Part shown: positions 1 through 9,014 of the stretch, one piece after another
Layout: each line of letters opens with the position of its first letter
Numbering within the stretch: the stretch's first letter is position 1
Assembly: GCA_965248575.1 (NCBI GenBank)
Contig: CBDFJQ010000002.1
Span: 416,001 to 480,000, forward strand
Reading direction: 5' to 3'
Source of the DNA: Planctomycetota bacterium
GTDB taxonomy: Bacteria > Planctomycetota > B15-G4
Length of the DNA: 64,000 nt
The notes under the pieces: generated by a model
Database searches by the model: none
The model's input: only the letters and a program-made list of their open reading frames with translations
Told to the model about the DNA's origin: nothing
Made by a program: the position numbers and the translations under genes

Positions 1-237
1 ATCGAGTCGGTGAGCGGTGAACCCATCGAGCCCGCCCAGCGCGACACCCTCGCGTCCGGTCCCGACGAGGTGGACCTGGTGCGCTCAGGGCTGTGGAACA
101 CCATGGCCGACGCTTACGAGGAGATGAAGCTGGCCCTGGATGCCTACCCTGAGGTGAACGACCTGCGGACGGCGGCCTACATCGTGTCCATCAACAAGGT
201 CGCCAACTCGTACGAGCAGCTGGGCATCTTCCCGTAG
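1..237 (+). CDS. Glu/Leu/Phe/Val (glutamate) dehydrogenase, C-terminal fragment (5' end outside window)
   Basis: GPDEVDLVRSGL..TM..AY...DLRTAAY..SI.KVA..Y..LGIFP resembles the GDH C-terminus; frame open from base 1. Confidence 0.8.
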   Translation: MESVSGEPIEPAQRDTLASGPDEVDLVRSGLWNTMADAYEEMKLALDAYPEVNDLRTAAYIVSINKVANSYEQLGIFP

Positions 238-253
238 TCCTGCCGCTCCTGAT

Positions 254-3226
254 TCAGGTGGAGAAGGGCGAACGGAAGACGGGGCTGAGGAAGACCGGCG
301 GGAGGCGCTCGCTCCAAACGTGGGCGTCCTCGGGCCGGTTCCAGGCCTCGTACAGGCTGATCAGGTTGGCGATGGATCGCGCGGTGGCCAGGTGATGGGG
401 GCCGCGCAAGGTGCTGAGTCGCTCGTAGGACTCGAGCAACAGGACCTCGGCTTCCACGAGGCTGCCCCCTAGAGCGAGGACGGCGCCCAGCTCGCTGCGG
501 GTGCTGGAAGGGCGCCACGTCTTCGCGGAGTGCGTGGCCTGTCCGAGCGACAGACTCTCGCGCAGGAGAGCGACCGCTCCTTCGGTGTCGCCCGCGATGG
601 CGTGCACCTGCCCGCAGATGAGGAGTGTGTTCATCAGGCTCGCGGAGTCTGGCTTGGGCGCTGAGCGACGTGTCTCAAGCAGATGGTCGTAGACAGGCAG
701 CGCGCGGCCGATGAGCGTGGTTGCCTCGGCGTCCCGCCCGAGCTGGCGCAGGACCAGAGCGTGGTTCACGTCTGTCCAGGCGGCCTGGACATTGATCTCC
801 TTGTCGAGCACCAGGAGATCGTTGCGCACCGCCTCGAAACGCCGAGCAGCGGCTTCCAGGTCGCCCTGCTCGAACTCCAGGCTGGCCAGGGCCATCTCGA
901 ACTTGGCGAAGAAGTTCTCGCCGGGCTCATAGTGAAGGTGCAGGGAGGCGATGCCTTCCTCGTAGAGGGCGCGGGCGCGCGCAAAGTGCCCCAGGAGGCG
1001 GTGGGCGGACGCCGCCGCGTAAAGGTGCGCCTGGAGGTTGATGTCCTTGGGAGTCAGGCGCCGCCGGATCTCGAGGCTCTCGTCATGAAGGTCGGCGGCC
1101 TGCTGGTAGCTGCCAAGGGTGCGCAGCGTGATGGCCAGTGAGCCCAGGTTGTCGGCGATGTCGAGTGGCCGGTTCCCGTAGTGCACCCGACGCATGGCGA
1201 GGTTTTCCTTCAGCAGCGTCGCAGCAGACTCCTGGTCGTTCTCCAGTCGGATGACCAGCTGGGCCCGCAGGTCGCGGGTCTCGAGGGTCATGAGATCGGT
1301 GGGTCGCAGCGTCAGCCGTTCGATTTCGGAGGCTTGGTCGAGAGCAGCGAGCGCCTCGTCGAAATACTTCTGCTTGATCTCCAACTTGACCAGCGTGTTG
1401 AGGGCGGAGGCCATGGCGCGGCTGCTGCCCGAGCCGAGTTTGTAGATTGAAAGGGCTTCCTGGAGGTGGCGACGCCCCGATTCGTGTTCGAACATCATGG
1501 TCTCGGCGATGCCGAGCAGGCGCAGGACGTCGGCAACAAACGTGTGCTCCGCGCCGAGCTCCGCGGTCCGGATTTCGAGCGCTTCCTCAAGGTCACTGCG
1601 CGCGCTCTCGGGGTTGCCCTCGTCGATAGCGAGCAGGCCCCGCCGCGTGAGGCTGTCCGAGAGCTGCAGCGGGTGGTCTGCTCCTCGGCTCCGCCCGAGC
1701 GAGACAGCTTCCGCCAGGAGATCGCGTGCCCTGCCGTAGTCAGCTTGCAGTCGGTGCACATCGCCGGCGACGTTGAGCACGCCGAGACGCTGCGCGGGTT
1801 CGCTGTTGGGCGCGGCGAGCAACTCGTCGCACAACTCACCCAAGGTGTTGAGTGTCCGCTCGTCAGCGGAGAGGGCATGCAGGTCGGCGAAGGCCAGGAC
1901 ATCGGCAGAAAGGCGTTGGTAGCGCTCGGAGGATCGGGTCGCTTGGCCCCGCAGCCGTTGCTGCGCGAGCCCGAAGCCGAGGGCACCGAGCAAGAGCACT
2001 GCGGCGAAGCCGACGGCCAGGGAGGCCACGGGGTGGCGGGCCGCCCGGCGTCGCGCCGTGAGCCAGGCGTTGGGGCGGCGCGCCTGAATCGGCCGGCGCG
2101 CCAGCAGGTTTTCGAGGTCCGCGCGGAAGGCGTTGGGGGTGACGTAGCGACGTCGGGGGTCCACATCCATCGCCTTGAGGCAGACGGTTTCGACGTCTGC
2201 CGGTATCCCGGGGGCGAGGGTTCGCAGTGATTCCGATGCCCCTGCAAGCACGAGGCGGCGGAGGTTGTCGGGGTCCGGAGAGTCGTAGGGCAGGCGCAGG
2301 CTCAGCATCTCGTACAGCGAGATTCCCAGTGCGTAGACGTCGGAGCGCCCATCCACTTCGTGCGTGGTGCTGCCGCTCTCGAAGGTGCCGAGCATCTGTT
2401 CGGGAGGCATGTAGGCCTGGCTTCCGAGCACTGCTCCCGTACGCGTTACCCGGCTCCGGTCATTGGCCCGGGCAAGCCCGAAGTCCATGAGCAGGACTCG
2501 TCCTTCGACGGTGAGCATGATGTTCGAGGGTTTGACGTCACGGTGCAGCACGGCGTTGTCGTGAGCGTGCTGCAAGGCCGCTGCGACGTCGCGTGCGACG
2601 CGCAAGCAGGCGTCCGTCCAGGACCCTGTGAAGAGCTCGGCGGAGAGGTCGGCGGGGGGCGGGCCGTCCGATCCTTCCAGAATCAGGCGTTGCAAGTCCT
2701 CGGCGCGCAGCCCAGAAGGAATGGCCTTGGCGACCCGCTGCAGGGCCTCCGCCATCGTGAGTCCATCGATACATTCCATCACCAGGAACGGCACGCCGTT
2801 CTCTTCACCGAAGTCCCGCAAGGGCACGATGGAGGGGTGCTTCAAGCGAGCGGCTGCCTGGCACTCGAGACGGAAGCGCTCGCGCGCTCCTTCGAAGAAA
2901 CGGAACTCCGGCCGCAAGACCTTCACGGCGAAGGGCTCACCAGTCTCCTGGTGCTCGGCTCGATGCACGATGCCCATGGCGCCAGAGCCCAAGGCCTCCT
3001 TCAGCACATAGGGACCCAGCTGGCTGTGTGGCCCCGCAGCTGGCTGGTCGACCTCCAGGCCCGTGATGCGCAGCGCGTCCAGGGACTCCTTCACTTCACT
3101 CAAGAGCTGGGGAAAGTCCGCGCACACCAGGTCCACAACGGCCGGGCCTTCCTGGGGAATGCGCTCCAGGCACTCCGCGATCAAGCACTCGATCTGCTCT
3201 TCCCGAGCTGGGCCGCTGTCTGTCAC
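254..3226 (-). CDS. Ser/Thr protein kinase with transmembrane segment and C-terminal TPR repeats
   Basis: LGSGAMGIV, AVK, HRDVKPSN, DFGLA, YMPPEQ, DVYALG motifs; hydrophobic helix; TPR-like repeats (ALEIRTAELG, SLEIRRRL). Confidence 0.95.
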   Translation of the reverse strand: MTDSGPAREEQIECLIAECLERIPQEGPAVVDLVCADFPQLLSEVKESLDALRITGLEVDQPAAGPHSQLGPYVLKEALGSGAMGIVHRAEHQETGEPFAVKVLRPEFRFFEGARERFRLECQAAARLKHPSIVPLRDFGEENGVPFLVMECIDGLTMAEALQRVAKAIPSGLRAEDLQRLILEGSDGPPPADLSAELFTGSWTDACLRVARDVAAALQHAHDNAVLHRDVKPSNIMLTVEGRVLLMDFGLARANDRSRVTRTGAVLGSQAYMPPEQMLGTFESGSTTHEVDGRSDVYALGISLYEMLSLRLPYDSPDPDNLRRLVLAGASESLRTLAPGIPADVETVCLKAMDVDPRRRYVTPNAFRADLENLLARRPIQARRPNAWLTARRRAARHPVASLAVGFAAVLLLGALGFGLAQQRLRGQATRSSERYQRLSADVLAFADLHALSADERTLNTLGELCDELLAAPNSEPAQRLGVLNVAGDVHRLQADYGRARDLLAEAVSLGRSRGADHPLQLSDSLTRRGLLAIDEGNPESARSDLEEALEIRTAELGAEHTFVADVLRLLGIAETMMFEHESGRRHLQEALSIYKLGSGSSRAMASALNTLVKLEIKQKYFDEALAALDQASEIERLTLRPTDLMTLETRDLRAQLVIRLENDQESAATLLKENLAMRRVHYGNRPLDIADNLGSLAITLRTLGSYQQAADLHDESLEIRRRLTPKDINLQAHLYAAASAHRLLGHFARARALYEEGIASLHLHYEPGENFFAKFEMALASLEFEQGDLEAAARRFEAVRNDLLVLDKEINVQAAWTDVNHALVLRQLGRDAEATTLIGRALPVYDHLLETRRSAPKPDSASLMNTLLICGQVHAIAGDTEGAVALLRESLSLGQATHSAKTWRPSSTRSELGAVLALGGSLVEAEVLLLESYERLSTLRGPHHLATARSIANLISLYEAWNRPEDAHVWSERLPPVFLSPVFRSPFST

Positions 3227-3470
3227 TCGTCATCCCTCAAGGTCTGATCCCCCGGCAGTGTGCTCTTCCCGTCGGCTTCCTGAATGGAGAGATCGCTGAG
3301 CGTGCAGGCACTCCAGCACTGCTTCGCGCCGGCGTCAAGGCCGGTTGCCGGGGCGCGATCATTCTAATCCGCCCTGCACACAGGCTGTTGCCCGGCGTGT
3401 ACGCTGCCCGTGCAGGTGTAGCACCGGGCATTCAGGGCAACGAGATCGGGGTGCAGGGAGGATTGGCGGA

Positions 3471-4028
3471 TTGACTGAGTCAGATGAGGGGGAGCGGCAT
3501 CCGCTCGAACAGTTGATCGAGCGGAATCTGCCCTCGCTGAAAGCGTTCCTCGGAACACGTGTTGGCCCCGTTCTCAGGGGCCAGGAATCCACGGCGGACC
3601 TGGTGCAGTCCGTGTGCCGCGAGGTGCTCCAAGACCAAGACGTCTTCGAGTTCCAAGGCGAGGCTGCCTTTCGCGCCTGGTTGTTCGAGGTGGCTCGTCG
3701 AAAGATGGTGGACCGGCACCGCTACTACACCCGCGCCAAACGGGATGTCCAGCGCACCTTCCGCAGCAAGGAGAGCAAGGATCCCCTGCAGGCGCCGAAC
3801 ACGGCCACCCCCAGTGAGGAAGCCTCTTTTCGGGAGCAGGCGCAGTCGCTCTGGTCAGCCCTCGATGAGCTGGACGCCGGCGATCGTCAGGTGATCGTCT
3901 TGTTCCATATCTTCGGGCTGAGTCACCAGGAGATGGCAGAGCAGCTGGGTCGCAGCCCGAGTGCTTCGAGAAGCCAGTTGAGCCGTGCCCTGGCTCGCCT
4001 CTCACGAGTTCTGCGCAGGACGTCCTGA
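3471..4028 (+). CDS. ECF RNA polymerase sigma-70 factor (start placed at TTG 3471 after GGAGG)
   Basis: Region 2 (STADLVQSVC, FRAWLFEVARRK) and region 4 (DRQVIVL..IFGLSHQEMAEQLGRS..ASRSQLSRA). Confidence 0.9.
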   Translation: MTESDEGERHPLEQLIERNLPSLKAFLGTRVGPVLRGQESTADLVQSVCREVLQDQDVFEFQGEAAFRAWLFEVARRKMVDRHRYYTRAKRDVQRTFRSKESKDPLQAPNTATPSEEASFREQAQSLWSALDELDAGDRQVIVLFHIFGLSHQEMAEQLGRSPSASRSQLSRALARLSRVLRRTS

Positions 4029-4071
4029 GGTCGCGCCAGCGCCCGGGCGGAAGTGCCCCCGGCGCTACAAA

Positions 4072-4115
4072 AGAAGCCCCCCAGACCCCAGAGGCGCAGG
4101 GTGTGGGAGGCTTCT
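4072..4115. terminator. Stem-loop downstream of the ECF gene
   Basis: AGAAGCC/GGCTTCT plus inner CCCA/TGGG and ACCC/GGGT pairing; only a short A-run on the 5' side and no U-tract on + strand. Confidence 0.3.
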
Positions 4116-4365
4116 GAGCTTGTTACGACCATCGGGTCAGTCAGGCCCGACGTGGCTCGTCAGCGCACTGGCGGTTGAGGGGGGAGGGAAGCCAGCACGC
4201 GACGAAAGAACAGTACCCCGCACCCGTGAAGGGGCAAATTCCGGTACCGAGCCACGAGCTCGGAGCAGGCTAAGAGTGGCTCAAAGGGATTGTAAGTGGC
4301 CCTTAAAACAAGCTGACGAGATGGGTGCACGGAAGCCCGGGGGGGGCTGCTATGATCCCCCGCCC

Positions 4366-6102
4366 ATGATTCTCGCCGACGCAGATCTTCGTTCGATCCA
4401 GGAAGCCCGCGACCTCATGCGGCGCAGCCGTAAGGCGTGGGATGTGTGGCGCAAGGCCGATCAGGCAACGGTGGATCGAGTCTGCGAAGCCATGGCCATG
4501 GCGGGCTCCCAGGCCAGCGAAATGCTCGCCAAGTTGGCCGTGGAGGAAAGCGGCTTCGGGAACGTGGCCGGCAAGTTCCAGAAGAACAAGTTCTGCACCG
4601 ACATGCTCTGGGACAGCTTGCGCGACCTCCAGACGGTGGGTGTCGTCCAGCGCGACGACGCTCGACGCTACTACCAGGTCGCTGAGCCCTATGGGCCCGT
4701 CCTGGCCATCGTGCCCATCACCAATCCCACCTCGACCGCGATGTTCAAATCGCTGATCTCGGTCAAGGCACGAAACAGCGTGGTGGTCAGCCCGCACCCG
4801 AGGGGTGTGCGCTGCATTGGAGAGTCCACCCGGATCATGGCCGAGGCGGCTGAGCGGGCTGGTGCTCCCAAGGACCTGATCCTCTGCATGACCGACCCGA
4901 CCCTTGAAGGCACTCACGAAGCCATGAAAGCCCGGGAAACCGCGCTGATCCTGGCGACCGGGGGCCCGGGCCTGGTGCGCGCTGCCTACAGTGCCGGCAA
5001 GCCCGCCTACGGTGTGGGCCCCGGCAATGCGCCGTCCTTCATCGAGCGCAGTGCGGATATCGAGCACGCCGTGCGGGCCATTGTCGGCAGCCAGATGTTC
5101 GACAACGCGACGATCTGTGCGAGTGAACAGTCCGTGGTCATCGACCGGCCCGTCGAGGCGGAGGTGCGCGACGCCTTCACGCGCAACAGCGGCCACTGGT
5201 GCACGCCGGCGGAGAAGGACCTGCTGCAGCGAATCGTCGTGCGCGGTCGGCGGGTCAATGCCGACATCGTGGGCCTCTTTCCGCACCAGATTGCCACCAT
5301 GGCGGGCTTCAGCGTGCCTGAGACCACGACGGTCCTGTTGGTGGACGAGGTGGGCGTCGGCTGGGACTACCCCCTGAGTGTCGAAAAGCTCTCGCCGATC
5401 CTGTCGGTCTACGTCGAGGATGGGTGGGTCGCTGGCTGCGATCGCTGCATCGAGATCCTCGACTTCGGAGGCCGGGGGCACACGCTGTCGATCCACTCCC
5501 GCAACGAGGACATCATTTGGTCCTTCGTGGCCGAGAAGCCGACACATCGCATCCTGGTCAACGCGCCGACGGCCCAGGGCGCCGTGGGCTTCGGGACGGG
5601 CCTCGTGCCCTCGATGACCCTTGGTTGTGGTGCTTTTGGCGGGAACATCACCAGCGATAACATCTCCGCCCACAACCTGCTGCTCACCAAGCATGTGGGG
5701 TACTGCTACGAGGGCTTCGTGGAGTCCTTCCCCGACTTCTCGAAGGGGCCGCCCACGGGATTCCATTTTTCGGCACTTCCGGCGGCCCCAGCTCCTGGCC
5801 CTCGGGCGTCGAGCTCATCCAGTGCCGTGGGCTCCTCCTCGCCGGTGTCCGCACCGCGGGGCCCCAGCCCGGCGCAGGCCAACCAGCTCGCCAGCAGTGC
5901 GCCCCTTGCCCACCCGGGCAACCCCACGCACCCACTTTCACCCTTTGCTTCCCAGGCCGGCGATGCCAACAGCCAGGCCGCCTCGGGGGGCGGAACCGTA
6001 GCCCCTGGCAACCCTCCGTCGGGTGGCACAGGGGCCAAGGGCAAGCCGCCCTATGAGGGTGGCGAGATTCCAGACTTCAGCAAACTACGTAACCGCACTT
6101 GA
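4366..6102 (+). CDS. Acylating (CoA-dependent) aldehyde dehydrogenase, EutE/AdhE-N type, BMC-associated, with disordered C-terminal extension
   Basis: N-term DADLRSIQEARDL; P-ITNPTST, ATGGPGLV, GVGPGN, catalytic DNATICASEQ, EKLSP, SMTLGCG; ATG 4366 in frame. Confidence 0.92.
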   Translation: MILADADLRSIQEARDLMRRSRKAWDVWRKADQATVDRVCEAMAMAGSQASEMLAKLAVEESGFGNVAGKFQKNKFCTDMLWDSLRDLQTVGVVQRDDARRYYQVAEPYGPVLAIVPITNPTSTAMFKSLISVKARNSVVVSPHPRGVRCIGESTRIMAEAAERAGAPKDLILCMTDPTLEGTHEAMKARETALILATGGPGLVRAAYSAGKPAYGVGPGNAPSFIERSADIEHAVRAIVGSQMFDNATICASEQSVVIDRPVEAEVRDAFTRNSGHWCTPAEKDLLQRIVVRGRRVNADIVGLFPHQIATMAGFSVPETTTVLLVDEVGVGWDYPLSVEKLSPILSVYVEDGWVAGCDRCIEILDFGGRGHTLSIHSRNEDIIWSFVAEKPTHRILVNAPTAQGAVGFGTGLVPSMTLGCGAFGGNITSDNISAHNLLLTKHVGYCYEGFVESFPDFSKGPPTGFHFSALPAAPAPGPRASSSSSAVGSSSPVSAPRGPSPAQANQLASSAPLAHPGNPTHPLSPFASQAGDANSQAASGGGTVAPGNPPSGGTGAKGKPPYEGGEIPDFSKLRNRT

Positions 6103-6155
6103 ATCACCCCCGGACGGCCATCTGAGCCGCGACCGGACCCGGAGAGAATGAACAC

Positions 6156-6446
<291 letters not shown>

Positions 6447-6694
6447 GCCTCGGCAGCAGCATCCCTGCCGCCGACCGGCGGTGGGGAATGGCTGTGGCTC
6501 AGCACCCGGCTCACGCAAGAGCCGGCCGGGTGCTCTGCTCCTGCGCAGCCGCTCCGAACACGCTCCCAACCCGGGCTTCGACGACTTGCCGTACGGACGG
6601 CTCCCTGCTCGACGGGGGGGCGTGCGCAGGAAGTCACCGAGCCCGATTCGGAAGCGATCGATTACAGATACAGCACTGCTGAGGTCCCGTTCTC

Positions 6695-7324
6695 ATGGTC
6701 CAGCTTCGAACCTTCGCCTTTCTTGACAGCATGCAACCGCAGTTCGCCTCCTTCGTGGCGAGTACGGCCAAGGGCTTTCTGCCTGTCCGCGGGCAGGCAG
6801 CCCTCTATGTCGAGATTGCGCCTGGTATCGCCATCAACCGCGTGACCGACATCGCCCTGAAGGGCACCAGCGTGCGACCCGCCGTGCAGGTGGTGGAGCG
6901 CGCCTTCGGTCTGCTCGAGGTTCATGACGAGAGCCAGGCTGAAGTGATCGAAGCCGGTCGTCAGATCCTTGAGTTCCTCGAGGTGGAGGAGCACGACCGG
7001 CTTGCGCCACGCATCCTCACCAGCGAGATCATCACCGGGATCGATGACTACCAGTCGATGCTCATCAACCGGAATCGCTCGGGGATGATGCTCTTGGGCG
7101 GTGAGACGCTCTACATCCTGGAGGTCCATCCTGCGGCCTGGGCCGTCGTCGCCGCGAACGAGGCGGAGAAGGCTGCTGATATCAAGCTCATCAACATGCG
7201 GCCCTATGGTGCCTTCGGGCGCCTGCAGCTGGGTGGCAAGGAAGCCGACATCCGCGAAGCAGTGAACGCGATCGAGGCGGTCCTCGCGGACATTCCCGGC
7301 AAGCCCAACGAAGGGCGGGGCTAG
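6695..7324 (+). CDS. BMC-T(dp) double-stacking tandem shell protein (CcmP/CsoS1D-like)
   Basis: [59 protein letters not shown]. Confidence 0.93.
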   Translation: MVQLRTFAFLDSMQPQFASFVASTAKGFLPVRGQAALYVEIAPGIAINRVTDIALKGTSVRPAVQVVERAFGLLEVHDESQAEVIEAGRQILEFLEVEEHDRLAPRILTSEIITGIDDYQSMLINRNRSGMMLLGGETLYILEVHPAAWAVVAANEAEKAADIKLINMRPYGAFGRLQLGGKEADIREAVNAIEAVLADIPGKPNEGRG

Positions 7325-7329
7325 GACGC

Positions 7330-7623
7330 ATGTTCACTGGGGTCGTACGCGGCGAGATCTGGGCCACCCAACGTCATGAGACGTTGACGGGCTTCAAGCT
7401 GCTCCTGGTGGAGCCACATGAGGTGGCGAGCCGTCTCGAAGAGGGCCACAAGAAGCACGGACTCGTGGTGGCGGCTGATGCCGTAGATGCTGGCGTCGGT
7501 GACCGGGTGCTGGTGGCGTACGGCCGCGCAAGTCGCTCGGCTCTCGGCCGTGGACACGACATCGCCGTGGAAGCCGCCATCGTCGGAGTCGTCGACGATC
7601 ACGCCGGTGTGGAGTTGGCCTGA
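7330..7623 (+). CDS. BMC-P pentameric vertex protein (EutN/CcmL family)
   Basis: GVVRGEIWATQRHETLTGFKLLLV, VAADAVDAGVGDRVLV, AAIVGVVD. Confidence 0.95.
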   Translation: MFTGVVRGEIWATQRHETLTGFKLLLVEPHEVASRLEEGHKKHGLVVAADAVDAGVGDRVLVAYGRASRSALGRGHDIAVEAAIVGVVDDHAGVELA

Positions 7624-7624
7624 G

Positions 7625-8002
7625 ATGCTCGTCGGACGTGTCGTCGGAAACGTTTGGGCCACCCAGAAGGATCCGAGCCTCGAGGGAGTGCGCATGCTGC
7701 TGGTGCGCCCCTTCACAGGAGCGGCGTCACGGGCGGCCAACGAGGCCAAGGGCAACGGCCCCAAGCAGAACGAGGCGCCGAGCCACGGCGACGAGGCCGA
7801 CGAGCTGGTCGTTGCAGGTGATCGGCTGGGTGCGGGCATCGGCGAAACGGTCCTGGTCTCCTTCGGTCGCGCAGCGCGAACGGTCCTTGGCAGCCAGGAC
7901 ATCGCATGGCAGGCGGCGGTGGTCGGGATCGTCGACAGCATCTCGCTGGATGACAGCGGGGTCTTCGAGCTGTCTGACGGCGGCGAGCGCGTGCCGCGAT
8001 GA
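7625..8002 (+). CDS. BMC-P pentameric vertex protein (EutN/CcmL family) with loop insertion
   Basis: MLVGRVVGNVWATQKDPSLEG, DRLGAGIGETVLV, AAVVGIVD; ATG 7625. Confidence 0.93.
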   Translation: MLVGRVVGNVWATQKDPSLEGVRMLLVRPFTGAASRAANEAKGNGPKQNEAPSHGDEADELVVAGDRLGAGIGETVLVSFGRAARTVLGSQDIAWQAAVVGIVDSISLDDSGVFELSDGGERVPR

Positions 8003-8574
8003 CCGCTCTGGTGGGAGGCAGCGGCCCGTGCGTCGGGTTGCTGGAGCTTGCCAGCATCGCCGTGGGCATTGAGACCACGGATGCCCTGAGCAAGGAGGCG
8101 GACATCCGTCTCGTCCAGACCCGGGCCGTCTCACCCGGCAAGTTCCTGATCCTCCTGACGGGCAGTGTTGAGGACGTCACCTCCGCCATGCGACGCGCCG
8201 TGGAGGTGGGGCAGGACTTCCTCATCGACCGACTGTTCATCCCCAACATCGAGCCCACCCTCTACGACTTGATCGTCGATGAGGGTTCGCCGCCCGCGAA
8301 CTTGGGCGCTGTGGGCCTGATCGAGACCTTGAGCGTGGCCTCGACCATTCGCGCTGCGGACATCGCCTCCAAGACCGCCTCGCTGACCCTCGTCTGCTTG
8401 CAGCTGGCGCGCGGGATCGGTGGCAAGTCGTGGGTTGCCTTTACCGGCGATGTCTCCGACGTGGAGGTGGCGGTGGCGGCAGGCGCGGCAGATGCCGAAG
8501 CGTCTGGACTGCTGGTCACGCGGGTGGTCATTCCGAGTCCGCACGCCAACTTGCTCGAGGTCCTGAGCCCATGA
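7999..8574 (+). CDS. BMC-T(s) tandem shell protein, PduT-like
   Basis: GLLELASIAVGIETTDALSK, VSPGKF, GLIETLSVAS.IRAADIA.K, GIGGKS, VIPSPH. Confidence 0.93.
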   Translation: MTALVGGSGPCVGLLELASIAVGIETTDALSKEADIRLVQTRAVSPGKFLILLTGSVEDVTSAMRRAVEVGQDFLIDRLFIPNIEPTLYDLIVDEGSPPANLGAVGLIETLSVASTIRAADIASKTASLTLVCLQLARGIGGKSWVAFTGDVSDVEVAVAAGAADAEASGLLVTRVVIPSPHANLLEVLSP

Positions 8575-9014
8575 GCGGCATCAAGCGCCTGATCACGGAC
8601 CGGGACGTCCTCAGCGGCAAGGTCCTGTCGCCGATCCTGCTCGAGTCGGGCACCTTGCTGACACCTGCAGCGCGTGACCGCGCCGTGCAGAAGGGCTACG
8701 TGATCGTGGAGCGCGATGCGATCGCCGCGGCTCGGGGGACGCCGGTTGCAGCAACCGTTGCAGGCACGGGTCCCGCGGGCTCGGCTCCCTCGTCGTGCCA
8801 CGCGGGGGCTTCGCATTCATCCGGCTGTTCGTCGTGCAGCTCTCCGTCTTGCGGGGGCTGCAGCCGGAGCGCAGACGGCCTGACGTCGTTGCCCGACGGA
8901 TTGCACCTCGTGCGGGTCGAAGCTGGCCGGGTGATCAGCGCCCTGCCCGCCGCAGGCCCAGGCAGTCTTCAACCCGCTCGTTTTCCATCGGCGCACGGAG
9001 GCGCTGCACCATGA
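8571..9014 (+). CDS. Hypothetical BMC-locus protein: EutQ/EutT-like N-terminal module plus Cys-rich segment
   Basis: KRLITDRDV...LLTPAARD...GYVIVE; C-x9-C-x2-C-x4-C-x2-C; ATGA overlaps with both neighbours. Confidence 0.75.
   Translation: MSGIKRLITDRDVLSGKVLSPILLESGTLLTPAARDRAVQKGYVIVERDAIAAARGTPVAATVAGTGPAGSAPSSCHAGASHSSGCSSCSSPSCGGCSRSADGLTSLPDGLHLVRVEAGRVISALPAAGPGSLQPARFPSAHGGAAP

Noticed and set aside
3985..4365. 127-aa N-terminal extension of the AldDH ORF as a possible targeting peptide
   Set aside because: Overlaps the ECF gene end and hairpins; family similarity begins at MILADADLRSIQE (4366); likely just an open frame in GC-rich DNA
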